Assembly: GCA_963787285.1 (NCBI GenBank)
Contig: CAWBCM010000017.1
Coordinates: forward strand, 1,013 to 65,012
Direction of reading: 5' to 3'
Source of the DNA: an uncultured Acidimicrobiales bacterium
Lineage (GTDB): Bacteria > Actinomycetota > Acidimicrobiia > Acidimicrobiales > JAHEJN01
DNA: 64,000 nucleotides
Below, in pieces: positions 45,174-56,566 of the stretch (its first letter is position 1; each line of letters starts with the position of its first letter). The notes below the pieces were generated by a model, which made no database searches, was not told where the DNA came from, and was given only the letters and a program-made list of their open reading frames with translations. A program made the position numbers and the translations under genes.

Positions 45174-45833
45174 TCAGCAGGTCCAGCTCATGTCGGACAG
45201 GCCGATGCGTTGATTGGCTCCGCCGGTGCTCACCGCATTGGTGTAGCGGAAGGCGAACGACGTGATCGGTCCGGCGTAGGTGAGAGTCAGGTTGCCCCTG
45301 TTGTCGGTGTCGCCGAAATTGGTGTTGAGCAGGCTGTTGCGGAAGAGGTTGCCAGCGGTGCCATTGCCGATGACGGTACTGCCGGCGGGAATGGTCGACG
45401 TGTAACCAGTGGTGAGCATCAGGATGCGATCACCCCAGCCGCCGACCAGGTTGTCGATGTCGTAGAACGTGAAGACGACGTTCGACACGGGTGCGCTGAA
45501 CGTGAAGGTGACGTTCTGGCCGATGCCGATCGCGTTGGGAAGCTGCTGGAACTGCAGTGCCTTCTGATTGAACGAACCGTTCGGCGACGCGCGAATCGTC
45601 CGGTTCGTCGCCAGGAGGGTGGTGCCGGCGAGCGGGGCCACGGTCAGCGTCACCGAGACGCCGTTCACGACCGACGTTGTGTAGGTGGAGCCGGTCACCA
45701 GCGAATCCCAGTCGAGTGTGCCTGGCATGCAGCTCACCATCGCCGCGGCGGCATCGAGCCCCGTGACCGACGGAGCCACCCATGCTGCGACGCCGGCGAC
45801 GCCACCGATCAGAAGGCGGCGACGATCGGTCAT
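45174..45833 (-). CDS. Secreted hypothetical protein with twin-arginine-like signal
   Basis: DRRRLLIGG..AAWVAPSV..AAAA; T/N/G-rich, beta-strand-like mature part. Confidence 0.7.
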   Translation of the reverse strand: MTDRRRLLIGGVAGVAAWVAPSVTGLDAAAAMVSCMPGTLDWDSLVTGSTYTTSVVNGVSVTLTVAPLAGTTLLATNRTIRASPNGSFNQKALQFQQLPNAIGIGQNVTFTFSAPVSNVVFTFYDIDNLVGGWGDRILMLTTGYTSTIPAGSTVIGNGTAGNLFRNSLLNTNFGDTDNRGNLTLTYAGPITSFAFRYTNAVSTGGANQRIGLSDMSWTC

Positions 45834-45983
45834 GAGCATCGAGCCCCACGTGGGCGTCGAGACCCTAGATGGTTCTTGCTGATATCTGGCCATTCGGTTG
45901 ACACTCGAGCATCCAGCGACGGGGATTCGAACCGTGGGCTGCGCGCAAGCTACCCGGTCGACGGAGCGATGTCGATTCAGCCG

Positions 45984-47903
45984 TCATGGTTCGTCGTCGG
46001 CCGACGGCTGCTCGAGCTGTTGGAGCATCAGGATGCCCGCGACGTTCATGAAATCGTGCTCGGTGACCAGCCCGACGAGCACGCCGTCGTCGACCACGGG
46101 GAGGGCGCCGATCCCGAACGATCGCATGATCTCGAGCGCTCGCAGCGGTGGCATCGACGGTGCCACGCACACCGGGTCGCGCTGCATCACGTCACCCACG
46201 CACAGCTCGGCCCAGCGGGCGCCGTCGTCGGCCATCACCCGCAGCAGGCGGCGGTACGAGAGGATGCCGATGATCCCGTCCTTGTCGTCCTCCACCAGCA
46301 CCTGACGGAGCCGGTGCCAGACCATGAGGTTGGCCGCCAGATCCAGCGGATCGTCCTCGGCGACCGTGACGAGCTCGCTCACCATGATCTGCTCGATGGA
46401 TTGGAAGTTGTACTGCCAGCTGCCGCCCTCCTCGAGGCTGGCCGCCGACCATTCCGACACCGGGTTCCCGACCTGTTGGCGGGCGGCGATGGCCGCAGTG
46501 AGGCTGTTGAGTCGCTGCCCGAGCGAACCCTGCTGGCGCATCGACAGCATCGATGAGACCTGCCAGCGCGAGCCCGTGTACCCCGACTTGACCCGGCGTT
46601 CGACGATGCCCAGGTAGTGGTCGCGGTCGGCCGGGGACACCCCAGCGGCATCGAGCCCCTCGGCGGCGACGGGCAGGAGCACGTCGAGGAGGAGCTCGGG
46701 TGCCGGCCGCTCCTGGCCGTCGATCCAGGTGAGCGACGACGACAGCCCCTCGCGGGCCGCGTTGACGAAGTTGTACCGCGTCGTGGCGAACTCCGTCATG
46801 CGGCTGACCTCGGGATGCTGGGCGCCGATGCCCCGCATCAGGCCGAGCCACAGCGCCGCGTTGGCCATCTCGTCGGCGGTGGTCGGACCTGACGGCAGCA
46901 CGCGATTCTCGATCCGCAGATGCGGCACGCCGTCCATGACTCCGTAGCAGGCCCGATTCCATCGCCACACCGTGCCGGTGTGCAGCCGCACTGCCGCGAG
47001 GTCGGGGATCTCGCCCCGGGCGAGCACCTCGAAGGGATCCTCGTGGGCGTCGGGCGCCAGCAACGGCCGGAAACGGGTGATGTCCTCCTTGAACAGCTCG
47101 GCCACCGACTCGTGGACCCAGTCGGTGCCGAAGGTGACCCGTCCGGAGCGTTGCCGGAGGCTGTGGCTCGACCGACGGGTGTCGACGGACTGTTCGAACA
47201 GCGGTATCCGGGTCTCGGCCCACAGCTGCTTGCCGAACAGGATCGGCGAGTTGGTGGCACACGCCAAGGTCGGGCCGGCCAGCAACTGGGCCACGTTGTA
47301 GAGGTTGGCGAACTCCGCCGGCGCCACCTGGAGGTGGACCTGGAAGCTCGCGTTGCAGGCTTCGGCCATCACCGAGTCCTGACGTACGTGCAGCTCGTCG
47401 GCGCCCGAGATCTGGACGTGGAGGTCTTCGCCGCGCAGGTCGAGCAGTGCCTGGTTGAGCGCGAGGTACCGGGGATTCTGCACCATGTTCGACAGCGCGA
47501 GACTGCTCATGCGAAGGGTCGGCAGGATGCCGGTGAGCACGATCTCCTGCTCGAGTCGATGGCCCGCTCGACGAGCAAGTGCGAGCAGCTCGTCGAGCTG
47601 AGCGTGCATGTCGCTGAAGCACGATCCGGCAAAGGGTTGCGGGTCGAGATTCACCTCGAGGTTGAACGCACCGATCTCGGTCGTGAAGTGCGGATCGGCG
47701 ATGACCTCGAGCATCTCGAGGGCGGTCGGCGATGGTTGCCAGCCCCGATCGACCAGGAAGAACTCCTGTTCGGCGCCGATGCGCGGGTTCCCGGTCTCGA
47801 ACATCTCGTGGTCGAGGAGGTGCTCGAGGGCGTGCACATCGCGCAGCATCCAGTTCACCGCGGCCCGGCGCTGGGCGACTCCGGTGGCCGTCTGGGCTCC
47901 CAC
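45984..47903 (-). CDS. Glutamate-cysteine ligase (GCS2)-like carboxylate-amine ligase fused to a C-terminal CBS pair
   Basis: IGAEQEFFLVD, TTEIGAFNLE, EACNASFQVHLQV, NSP, ETRIPLFEQS, GTVWRWNR, HLRIENRVLPSGPT; CBS motifs IEQIM.., VGDVM.., LPVVDDG.LVGLVT. Confidence 0.88.
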   Translation of the reverse strand: MGAQTATGVAQRRAAVNWMLRDVHALEHLLDHEMFETGNPRIGAEQEFFLVDRGWQPSPTALEMLEVIADPHFTTEIGAFNLEVNLDPQPFAGSCFSDMHAQLDELLALARRAGHRLEQEIVLTGILPTLRMSSLALSNMVQNPRYLALNQALLDLRGEDLHVQISGADELHVRQDSVMAEACNASFQVHLQVAPAEFANLYNVAQLLAGPTLACATNSPILFGKQLWAETRIPLFEQSVDTRRSSHSLRQRSGRVTFGTDWVHESVAELFKEDITRFRPLLAPDAHEDPFEVLARGEIPDLAAVRLHTGTVWRWNRACYGVMDGVPHLRIENRVLPSGPTTADEMANAALWLGLMRGIGAQHPEVSRMTEFATTRYNFVNAAREGLSSSLTWIDGQERPAPELLLDVLLPVAAEGLDAAGVSPADRDHYLGIVERRVKSGYTGSRWQVSSMLSMRQQGSLGQRLNSLTAAIAARQQVGNPVSEWSAASLEEGGSWQYNFQSIEQIMVSELVTVAEDDPLDLAANLMVWHRLRQVLVEDDKDGIIGILSYRRLLRVMADDGARWAELCVGDVMQRDPVCVAPSMPPLRALEIMRSFGIGALPVVDDGVLVGLVTEHDFMNVAGILMLQQLEQPSADDEP

Positions 47904-47924
47904 GTCAGATCCTCCCCTGGGCCG

Positions 47925-48654
47925 TCATGTCAGCTCCGCCAGGTATCCCGGCAGCATGGCGCGCCAGGTCTGCCAGTCGTGGGGCCATTCTGGCCCCCAC
48001 GGGTCGACCCGGTTCGGGACACCCGCCTCGCCCAGCACGTGGGCGGCCTGCCAGGTCTCGCCGATGTCCTCGTTGGCCCCGCCGCCGCAGGCGAGGACAA
48101 CGGATCGTTGGCGCAGGCGATCGAGCTGGTCGCCATCGACGGCGCCGAGGTAGTGCACCGGTGAGGCCCAGAGGAAGTTCTCGTCGGACGGGCCGTTCAG
48201 GAAGCGGCCGAGGTCGTAGGTGCCGCTCATGCAGATGGCCGTGGTGAAGACGTCGGGATAGCGGCACAAGGACGCCAGGGCGTTGTAGGCACCGATCGAC
48301 GCTCCGGCGGCGATGATCTCGATGGTGTCGCTGTGGCAGTCGGCGCGGATGGCGGGCACCAGCTCGTGGCCGACGAACTCGACGAAGCGGCGCAGGATCC
48401 AGCTCAGGTGCCGACTGTCGCCCTCGTGGGTCAGCATCGCCCGCCCGTTGACGCTGTCGCAGGAGTAGATCTTGATCCGCCCCTCGGCGATGAGGTCGGA
48501 ACAGGCTTCGACCACGTGGAAGCGCTCGATCTCCTCGGCGTCGCCGCCGGCGGTCGGGAAAGACGAGCACCGGGCGGCCGATATCGCCCCAGCGGGCGAC
48601 CTCGACGGTGCGGTCGAGGTGGACCGAATGCCACCGGTCGGTGAGCTTGGTCAT
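47925..48654 (-). CDS. Alpha/beta-hydrolase (putative esterase); frameshift near 48560
   Basis: WGDIGRPVLVFP-TAGGDAEEIE across the indel, GASIG nucleophile elbow, MSGTYD, WPHDW. Confidence 0.85.
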
Positions 48655-49893
48655 GGGCGCTCGCGTCCTCGCGCCACTGCTGGATGCGCGACCAGAACAT
48701 CTCGGTGAACTCGTCGACCTCGTGCTCGGGGTACATCGCGGCGACCTTCTGCCGGACCGCGTCGTGCGCGGTGTCGGTGCCGAAGAAGTCCCAGAGCACC
48801 TGATCGAGATGCGACGAGGTGCTCGGCGCAGAACGCCTCGAACTCGTCGGCCTGGAGACGCTCGCGGGCGATCGCGGCGTAGCCCCTCAGCTTCTCCTCG
48901 TACGGGAGCGTCGGTGTCGGCGATGTCGAAGTAGGGCTGCCAGTCGAGGTTGGGTCGCATCGGCCGCTTGCGTGGCGGCGCAGAAGAGCGACCAGCGGAG
49001 GTTGGCGCCGATCAACCAGGGGAAGTGGTAGTGCAGCGAGGTGACCTGCGAGTCGGGGCACGGGTTGGCGAAGTCGATCGGGAACCAGCGGCCGTCCTGG
49101 CGCAGCGCCTCGCACGAGTTGAAGTCCCAGCCGAAGAACGAGTTGATCGTGAGCGTCGTGTCGATCAGATGCTGGCGCTGGTCGTCGGGAAGGGCGCCGT
49201 CGTCGGACGTGTAGCGATCGTGCAGCGGTGCGCCGGGGTCGTAGCGCACCACGCGCACCTGCGGGCCGAGCCCGACGCAGCGGATGAACAGGTCGTGGGG
49301 ATCGACGGCCTGCTGCAGATGCATCAGGTAGGTGCCGCTCTCGTCGTAGAGCCGCTGGAGGTCCTCGGCGTCGTCGATCCGGCTCACCCCGGCCCAGCCG
49401 CCGCCGTCGTACGGCTTGATGTACATCGGGTAGCCGACCTTGTCGCCCAGCTCGTCGAGGTCGAACATCTGGGCGTAGCGCTCGAGGGTGACCTCGAGGT
49501 CGGCCTGTGAGTCGTAGCTCTTCGGCGGCACCATCCACGTGGTCGGGATCGGCATGCCGAGGCGCATCATGGCGCAGTACGACGTGTGCTTCTCGTTCGA
49601 CTGGATCGACCACGGGTTGTTGAACACGTACAGGTCGTCCATCAGAACGGCCTTCTTGATCCACTCGCGGCTGGTGCCGTACCAGTGCGTGAGGCGGTCG
49701 ATGACCAGGTCGTAGCGAACCGGTTGGCGAAGGTAGAACGGTTCGATCGTGACCCGTTCGACGTCGAAGCGGATGGCGTCGCCGTTCGATGGCCACGGCG
49801 AGGTCGAGGCGATCGAGCATCTGCTTCGTAACAGATCGGCCAGCACAGGTCGGCGCCGAGCGACAACCCGATGACGCGCCGCACATCAGCCAT
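48651..49893 (-). CDS. ATP-grasp ligase (RimK/glutathione-synthetase-like); frameshifted
   Basis: IDRLTHW, NNPWS..EK, VGYPMYIKPYDGGGWAGVS, LQQAV, DFNSCE, IDFANPCPD; indels near 49830, 49790, 48960, 48895 and 48810. Confidence 0.85.
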
Positions 49894-51059
49894 GTGAATC
49901 CCCTGAGTCGGTCGCAGGCAAGGTAGCAGAGGGCGGGGGCCGCTCGAATGGCCGTACCTCGCGAGGGCGGAACGCGTCGGCGAACAGCCACGGAAGGGCC
50001 ACGCCGAGCATGTCGCGCCAACATCCCCACGTGTGGCCGTCGAGGGCCTCACCGGCGATCGACTTGCATGCCGGTGTCCTTCAGGATGGGCCGCAACGCG
50101 CGGTTCTCGCAGATCAGCGGTTCGAACACCCCACAGCTCATGAAGACCCGGTCGGCGACGGCGACGGGATCGGCAACATAACGCCGGACGAAGTCACCCA
50201 CGGGCACCCAGATCGCGTCGGTGCGGTCGAGGCAGCCGACGCCGACGCCGGCGAAGGAGCCCGACTGCAACATCAGCCGCCCGAAGCTGTCGGGGTAGCG
50301 GGCGGCGGTCGACAGCGTGGCGACGGCGCCGAAGCTGGCGCCGCCCAGGCACCGGGCGTCGCGTCCCTCGAGCAACGGGAGGTGCGCCTCGAGGTACGGC
50401 ACGAGCTCCTCGGCCACGAATCGGGCATGGCGTTCGTCGTCGGCGTACTCGACGAGCCGATCGTGGGGATCGCAGAACGCAACCACGAGCTCGGGTACCA
50501 GACCTCGGTGGATGAGGTTGTCGAGCACGGTGGACGCGGCGGCGTAGTGGAGGTAGTCGGTGCCGTCGTGCAGGACCATCAGCGGATACCGGTGCTCGGG
50601 ATCCGTGCGGAACGACGCGGGCAGGTACACCGTGACCGGTACCGGTCGACCGAGCGCGGCACTCGGAATGGTCAGTGAACGGTGTGATCCGGGCTCGGCC
50701 GATGCGTCGTGCAACGCCCACGGCGGCACCTCGTAGCCGTGCGAGCGACAGACCGAGTTCTGTCCGAAGGGATTGCGTGCCTCGTACGGGTTGAGGGGAT
50801 CCTCGATCACCCGGTGGTTGCCGTTCTCGCAGATCTCGAGCTGGTACTCGAGTCGGGTTCCCTCGGGCAGCCCGAGCGCAAGCAGCCACCACGTCGACTC
50901 GCCGAGACGCTCGAAGTGCAGGTCTTCGGGCAGGCCGATCCCGAAGTGCACCAGGCGGACCGACTCGACGTCGCCGCGATAGGCGAACGTGGTCGCTCCC
51001 TCGGCGAGGAGGGGGAAGCCGCGGTCGAACACCAGACGATCGAGTACCAACGGCGTCAT
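49886..51059 (-). CDS. Enterochelin-esterase-like alpha/beta-hydrolase with N-terminal Ig/CBM48-like domain; frameshift near 50060, start may be 51105
   Basis: RLEYQL, DPLNP, VYLP, HDGTDY, RLVEY, GASFG, QSGSF; DGHTWGCWRD in the next frame. Confidence 0.85.
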
Positions 51060-51101
51060 GGCAGGGTCGAGGTCGAGCCGCGGCGCGAGGACCGCCTCGG
51101 C

Positions 51102-52328
51102 TCATGCGGCGTGCACCTTCACCTTGCGGCCGATGTCGTCGAGCACATCGCGCAGGCGATCGAAGTCGGGATGGCGAGCCCGAATCCAGGCATTGGCCAT
51201 GTAGCCGGCGGCCACCGGCTGGGTCGGGGTGCCGACCTCGGGGAGGTGGGCGTCGATGATGAGGTCGCCGTAGCGCTCCTGGATCTCGTCGATGCCCGAG
51301 TAGCCCGAGATCGACCCGTCGGCTTCGGGCCGGAGGGCGATGATGCCTGCCGAGAACCGACGCGACGGCAGTCTGACGAGGGCGCCCGTGCACGATGGCC
51401 TCGGCCCACTCGCGGTAGATGTCGATGTCGTTGCCGGCGCCGTAGAGGTCCCACGCCCTCACGCCGGGAGGGCGGCAGCCGATCTCGGAGAACTTCAGAC
51501 CCTTCGGCCCGGCGAACCACTCCATGTGGGTCGCCGAGGTCCCGATGCCGAGGGCATCGATGACCCGTCGACCCATCGCCTTGACCTCGTCGTAGCCGGG
51601 GGCGGAGTCGACACGGTTGGTCGCGATGAACTGGGGCGAGATCCAGCGCGTCCGCATGGCCTCGAGGACGTTCGGGTAGTAGTGGCTGACGAACTCGTGG
51701 ACGACCTCGCCGTCGACGGTGATCGTGTCGTAGAAACCTTCGTGGCCCTCGATGAACTCCTCGACGGCCACGGTGGCGCCATGAGCCAGGCCACTGCCGG
51801 CGATGGCTCGCTCGAGGTCGTCGTCGTCGTCGACGCGGTGCGTTCCCGATGCGCCGGCACCGTCGGGTGGCTTGATGATCAGCGGGATAGCCCGACCTCG
51901 GCGGCAAAGGTGCGCACCTCGTCGGCGGTGGCCGCCCCGGTCGATTGCGCGCACGGGACGCCGGCGCCGCGCAGCACTTCCTTCATCGCCGGCTTGTCAC
52001 GGCAGAGGTGGGCGGTGCGCACCGAGGTGCCGGGGATGCCGCAGGCCTCCCGGACACGGGCGGCGGTCATGATGTGGGCCTCGACGGTCGCCTCGAGCCG
52101 GTCGACCCACAGACGGTCCTGGATCCACCGAACGGCCCGCTCGACGGAGTCGTCGTCGACCACCGAGCCGACCTGCTCGTAGTGCGTCAACCACCCGGCG
52201 ACATCGTCGTCGAGACCCTCCTTGGGTCGCTCGCCGATACCGATGACGGTTGCGCCGGCCTCGGCCAGCGCCCGTGCGAACTGCTTCTGGTTGTCGGGAA
52301 AGCTCGGCTCGAGCAGGATCACGTTCAC
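51102..52328 (-). CDS. ATP-grasp domain ligase; frameshifts near 51890 and 51360
   Basis: CRDKPAMKEVL, PLIIKPPDGAGASGT, EEFIEGHE, THMEWF, FSEIGCRPPG. Confidence 0.87.
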
Positions 52329-52405
52329 CCCACAGTTGTACCCGCTACCGCGGCCGCCGTCGTCCGGTCGACGTCGCGGTGACGGGTGCAGTACGGTCGC
52401 TCACC

Positions 52406-53627
52406 GTGGTGAATGTCGTGTTCGTTGCCCCGTACGTGCTCGATGCGACCAACCGTTTCCTCGGTGCGATGGTGCAGGTCCCGGGCGCCGATGTCGCCGT
52501 CGTGAGCAGCGATCCGCTCGAACGATTCCCCGACCACATCCGTGACGGACTCGTCGGCCCACTGGCGGGTCGACGACTGCCTCGACGTCGACCAGCTCGC
52601 CACCGCGGTGGCGGCGCTGCACTCCGCCCGCGGTGTCGACGTGCTCACGGCGATCCTCGAGAACCTGCAGGTGCCGATGGCCGAGGTCCGAGAACGGCTC
52701 GACCTTCCCGGCATGGGTGTCGAGGTGGCCGAGAACTTCCGCGACAAGGCTCGCATGAAGGCGGCCTTCGAGGCGGCCGGCATTCCGTGCGCCCGCAATG
52801 CCCGGGTCGACTCGGCGGCGCAGGCGCGTGACATCATCGGGCGCTGGCAACCGCCGGTGGTCGTGAAACCGCTCGCCGGAATGGGAGCTCGCAACACCTT
52901 CCGCATCGACGACGCAGAGACGATGGAGCGGTGGTTGGCGCACCGCCCGCCGTCGCAGGACGCGCCCGTGTTGCTGGAGGAGTTCCTCGTCGGTCAGGAG
53001 TTCTCCTTCGAGAGCGTGCTGGTCGACGGCGAGCTCGTGTGGCACTCGATCGGCCGCTACGACCCGACGCCGCTGACCGTGCTCGAGAACCCGTGGATCC
53101 AGTGGTGCATCGTGCTGCCTCGGGAGATCACCGGCGACGAGTTCGCCGACATTCGCGACGTCGGCACGCGCGCCGTCAAGGCGTTGGGGCTGACCACCGG
53201 GCTGTCACACCTCGAATGGTTCCGACGGGTCGACGGTTCGCTGGCGATATCCGAAGTGGGTGCGCGGCCACCGGGGGCGCAGATCGCGTCGCTGATGTCG
53301 TGGGCCCACGACACCGACATGTACGCGGCGTGGGCCCGACTGGTGGTGCACGGCCAGTTCGATCCCCCGGAACGCCGCTATGCCGTCGGTGCGGCGTACC
53401 TTCGAGCCCAGGGTGCGGGCCGGACCATCACGTCGATCACCGGGATCGATCGCGTGAGTCCCGACACCCATGCCCTGGTCGTCGAGTCGCGGTTGCCCGA
53501 GATCGGCAGCCACGCCGCTGACACCTACGAGGGTGACGGCTACGTGATCGTCCGGGGGGCCGACACCGGCGAGGTCGACGCCGCCCTCCGCGACATCGTC
53601 TCGACGATCAGAGTGGAGTGCGGCTGA
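52406..53627 (+). CDS. ATP-grasp domain ligase; frameshift near 52555
   Basis: FRDKARMK, VVKPLAGMGA, EEFLVGQE, SHLEWF, ISEVGARPPG. Confidence 0.87.
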
Positions 53628-54846
53628 TGGATGTGGTGTTCCTCTCACCGGGCTATCCGACCGACATCCCGTTGTTCGTCTCGGGCCTGGCCGCCGTCGG
53701 GGCCCGGGTGATCGGCGTCGGCGATCAACCCGTCGACTCCCTGCCCGAACGGGCGAAGGCCGCGCTGTCCAGCTACATCGAGATCGGGTCGTGGGCCGAC
53801 GAAGACGCGGCGATCGCCACGGTGCTCGGCCGGCTCTCGGGCCGCAACGTCGATCTGGTCGAGACGCTGTGGGAGCCGACCATGGTCATGGCCGCGCGCC
53901 TTCGGGAGGCCATCGGCGTCCCGGGAATGACCGTCGAGCAGACCGTTCCGTTCCGAGACAAGGGCGAGATGAAGAAGATGGTCGAGGCCGCCGGCCTGCG
54001 CACCCCCCGCTCCGTGCGGGCGTCGACTCGTGACGCCTGCCGGGAGGCGGCGGCCGGCATCGGGTATCCGGTCATCATCAAGCCGATCGCCGGTGCAGGG
54101 GCCATGGACACCCACCGGATCGAGAACGAGGCCGAGCTCGAGGAGGTGCTCGCCGGGTTGGGTCACGTGCCCGAGGTGAGCGTCGAGGAGTTCATCTCCG
54201 GCGACGAGTTCACCTACGACACGGTCTGCGCCGCCGGATCCATCGCCTTCGAGAACGTGTGCGAGTACCGCCCGAATCCGCTCATCGGCAAGCAGGTCGA
54301 GTGGATCAGCCCGCAGGTGATCGCCTGGCGGGACCTGACCGACCCGTTCATCGCCGACGGGGTGGCGCTGGGGCGCAAGGTGATCGAGGCGATGGGCGTG
54401 CAGAGCGGGTTCACCCACATGGAGTGGTATCGCACGGCGAACGGCGAGGTCGTCTTCGGGGAGATCGGCGCCCGATCGCCCGGGGGTCGCCTGACCGACA
54501 TGATGAACTACGCGTGCGACACCGATCTCTACACCGGCTGGGCCGAGGCCGTCTGCTACGGCACCTTCGGTCAACCCCGACCGAACGCCGGTACAACGTC
54601 GGTCAGGTGATCAAGCGGGCCCAGGGTTCGGGCGTGGTCACCCGAATCGAGGGACTCGGCGCCATGATGGCCACGATGGGCGAACACGTGGTCAACGTCG
54701 ATCTCGTTGCGCTGGGGGCGCCGCGGCGGGACTGGCGGGCAACCGTCTTGTCCGACGGGATCATCGTCGTGCGCCATCCCGACCTCGACACCACCGTGGC
54801 GATGGTCGACCGCATCGCCGCGGACGTCCATTTGTTCTGCGACTGA
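53627..54846 (+). CDS. ATP-grasp domain ligase; frameshift near 54580
   Basis: FRDKGEMK, YPVIIKPIAGAGA, EEFISGDE, THMEWY, FGEIGARSPG; TGATG overlap with the upstream gene. Confidence 0.87.
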
Positions 54847-54917
54847 CCGAAGGGTGGCCATGGCGCTCCGCTAGTGTCGACCAGCATCGGTGAGCTCGCA
54901 ATGGTGGTCGAAAACGC

Positions 54918-55700
54918 ATGACGTCGAGCCGGGGCATGGTCGCGGCAGTGGTCCTGACGGTGGCTTCGTTGGGGGCGGGTTGTTCGGCGGAGGTCACGTT
55001 GCCCGTCGAGAGCTCGGTCGGCACCGAGGTTCCCGAGCCGACCACATCGGTGTCCCCGGAACCCGAGCCGACCACGCCCGCCGCCCTCCCCACGCCCGCG
55101 CCCAGCCCGAGCGGCACCGCACCCAAGCCCACGCTCGAAGTGCCGCCGCCGCAGTCGGTGGGAGCGCTGGGCGAGATTCGCGGTGTGGCCGAGCTCCCGC
55201 CCGGGGATCCGGGCTACGACGCCTTCGTCGAGGTCGGGGACGACCAGGGCCTGATCACCGTGTCGGCGCCCGCCGTGTGGACCGACGTCGACGGACGACC
55301 GTGGTCGGGTGGGGACTTCGTCGATGGCGACGATCTGATCGGACCGGCGTTGAGCGTCTCCACCGACGTTGCGGCGTTCAACGCGGGATGGGGGACGCCC
55401 GGCGTGTTCATCGGCGCGTCCGACCGGCTCCCCTTCGAGTCGCCCGAGGAGGTCCTGGAGGCGTCGTCGTTCGGTGACGAGTGCGTCCTCGAGAGCACGC
55501 GACCCTACGACGACGGCGTCTACCGCGGTGCCTTCGACCTGTACATCGACTGTGGCGCCGAACGGAGCGTGTTCGTGAACCTCGTGGCCGAGCCGGCGGA
55601 CGGGTCCTTCCTCGTCCTCGTGCAACTCGTCGCAGTGAGCGACGCCGACTGGAATGCTCTGGCCACGATCCTCGACACGTTCCTGGCCGATCTGGCCTAG
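54918..55700 (+). CDS. Hypothetical lipoprotein
   Basis: Lipobox GAGC, Pro/Thr linker, acidic globular domain with a Cys pair. Confidence 0.75.
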   Translation: MTSSRGMVAAVVLTVASLGAGCSAEVTLPVESSVGTEVPEPTTSVSPEPEPTTPAALPTPAPSPSGTAPKPTLEVPPPQSVGALGEIRGVAELPPGDPGYDAFVEVGDDQGLITVSAPAVWTDVDGRPWSGGDFVDGDDLIGPALSVSTDVAAFNAGWGTPGVFIGASDRLPFESPEEVLEASSFGDECVLESTRPYDDGVYRGAFDLYIDCGAERSVFVNLVAEPADGSFLVLVQLVAVSDADWNALATILDTFLADLA

Positions 55701-55707
55701 CCGTCGG

Positions 55708-56497
55708 TCAGAGCGCGATCGAGGCGCGCAGGCTCGGGGGTATCGGCTCGATTCGGTGTTGGTCGGCCAGGTTCTGCCACCAGTTCTCGAACTCGACGGC
55801 GTCGAGTCGGTTGTGCCAGCCGAGGTTGCGCGACCGGGTGCTCTCGTCGTAGTCGGCGTAGGTGGAGATTCGGAGCTTCTTGGTCAATGCAACGCCGGCG
55901 TCCATCGTGTGGAGATGGACCAGGAGCAGCTCTTCGTCTCGGGGAAACGAACCGTGCGCCTGGTGGAACCCGTGTTCGTACTCGGACCGGCCGGGTCACC
56001 ACGGTCGCCTTGTCGAAGTTGAGCCGTCGGAACCACAGCGACCTCTGGGCCAGGATCGGCCGCGTGAGGTCGATGGGCGCCTCGGTCTCGCGGTCGTGCC
56101 AGAGCTGATAGCCGGTGCAGCGCACGGCGGGGCCGTCGAGGAGGTCGGCGAAGCTCGACAATCCGGCCGGGTGCCAGATGATCTCGTCGGACTCGGCGAA
56201 GATCACCACACGATTCCGGCGGAGCAGTTCGGCCTGGAGCTCCTCGATGCGGCGGGTGTACCACTCGAAGTCGTCGTAGGCCGCGTGATCCTCGCGGTGC
56301 AGCGTGCACCCGTAGCGATCGCGCACCGCCTCGGCGCTACCGTCGGTGCCGAGATGGTCGAAGACATGCACACGCTCGGCAGGGAAGAATCGCCGGTAGT
56401 ACTCCACCCAGATGGGAAGGAACACCGACTCGTTGCGGGCCATGGTGAACACCGCTGTGCCGGCCGGTCGATCGTTGGGCCCTGACGACATGGACAT
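55708..56497 (-). CDS. GT-A fold glycosyltransferase (Glyco_tranf_2_4-like); frameshift near 55985
   Basis: TMARNESVFLPIWVEYY, FDHLGTDGS, AESDEII, GFH and LVHLH in the next frame. Confidence 0.75.
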
Positions 56498-56566
56498 GAG
56501 GAGAGACTTCCACGACTCGACCCCTCGCCGAGGCCACGGCCGCATCGGTCGCCGGTGTCGGTTGCG

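Noticed and set aside
45984-54846. Graspetide/RiPP biosynthetic cluster
   Set aside because: No short precursor ORF with repeated core motifs, no peptidase-transporter, and no room between the tightly packed genes.
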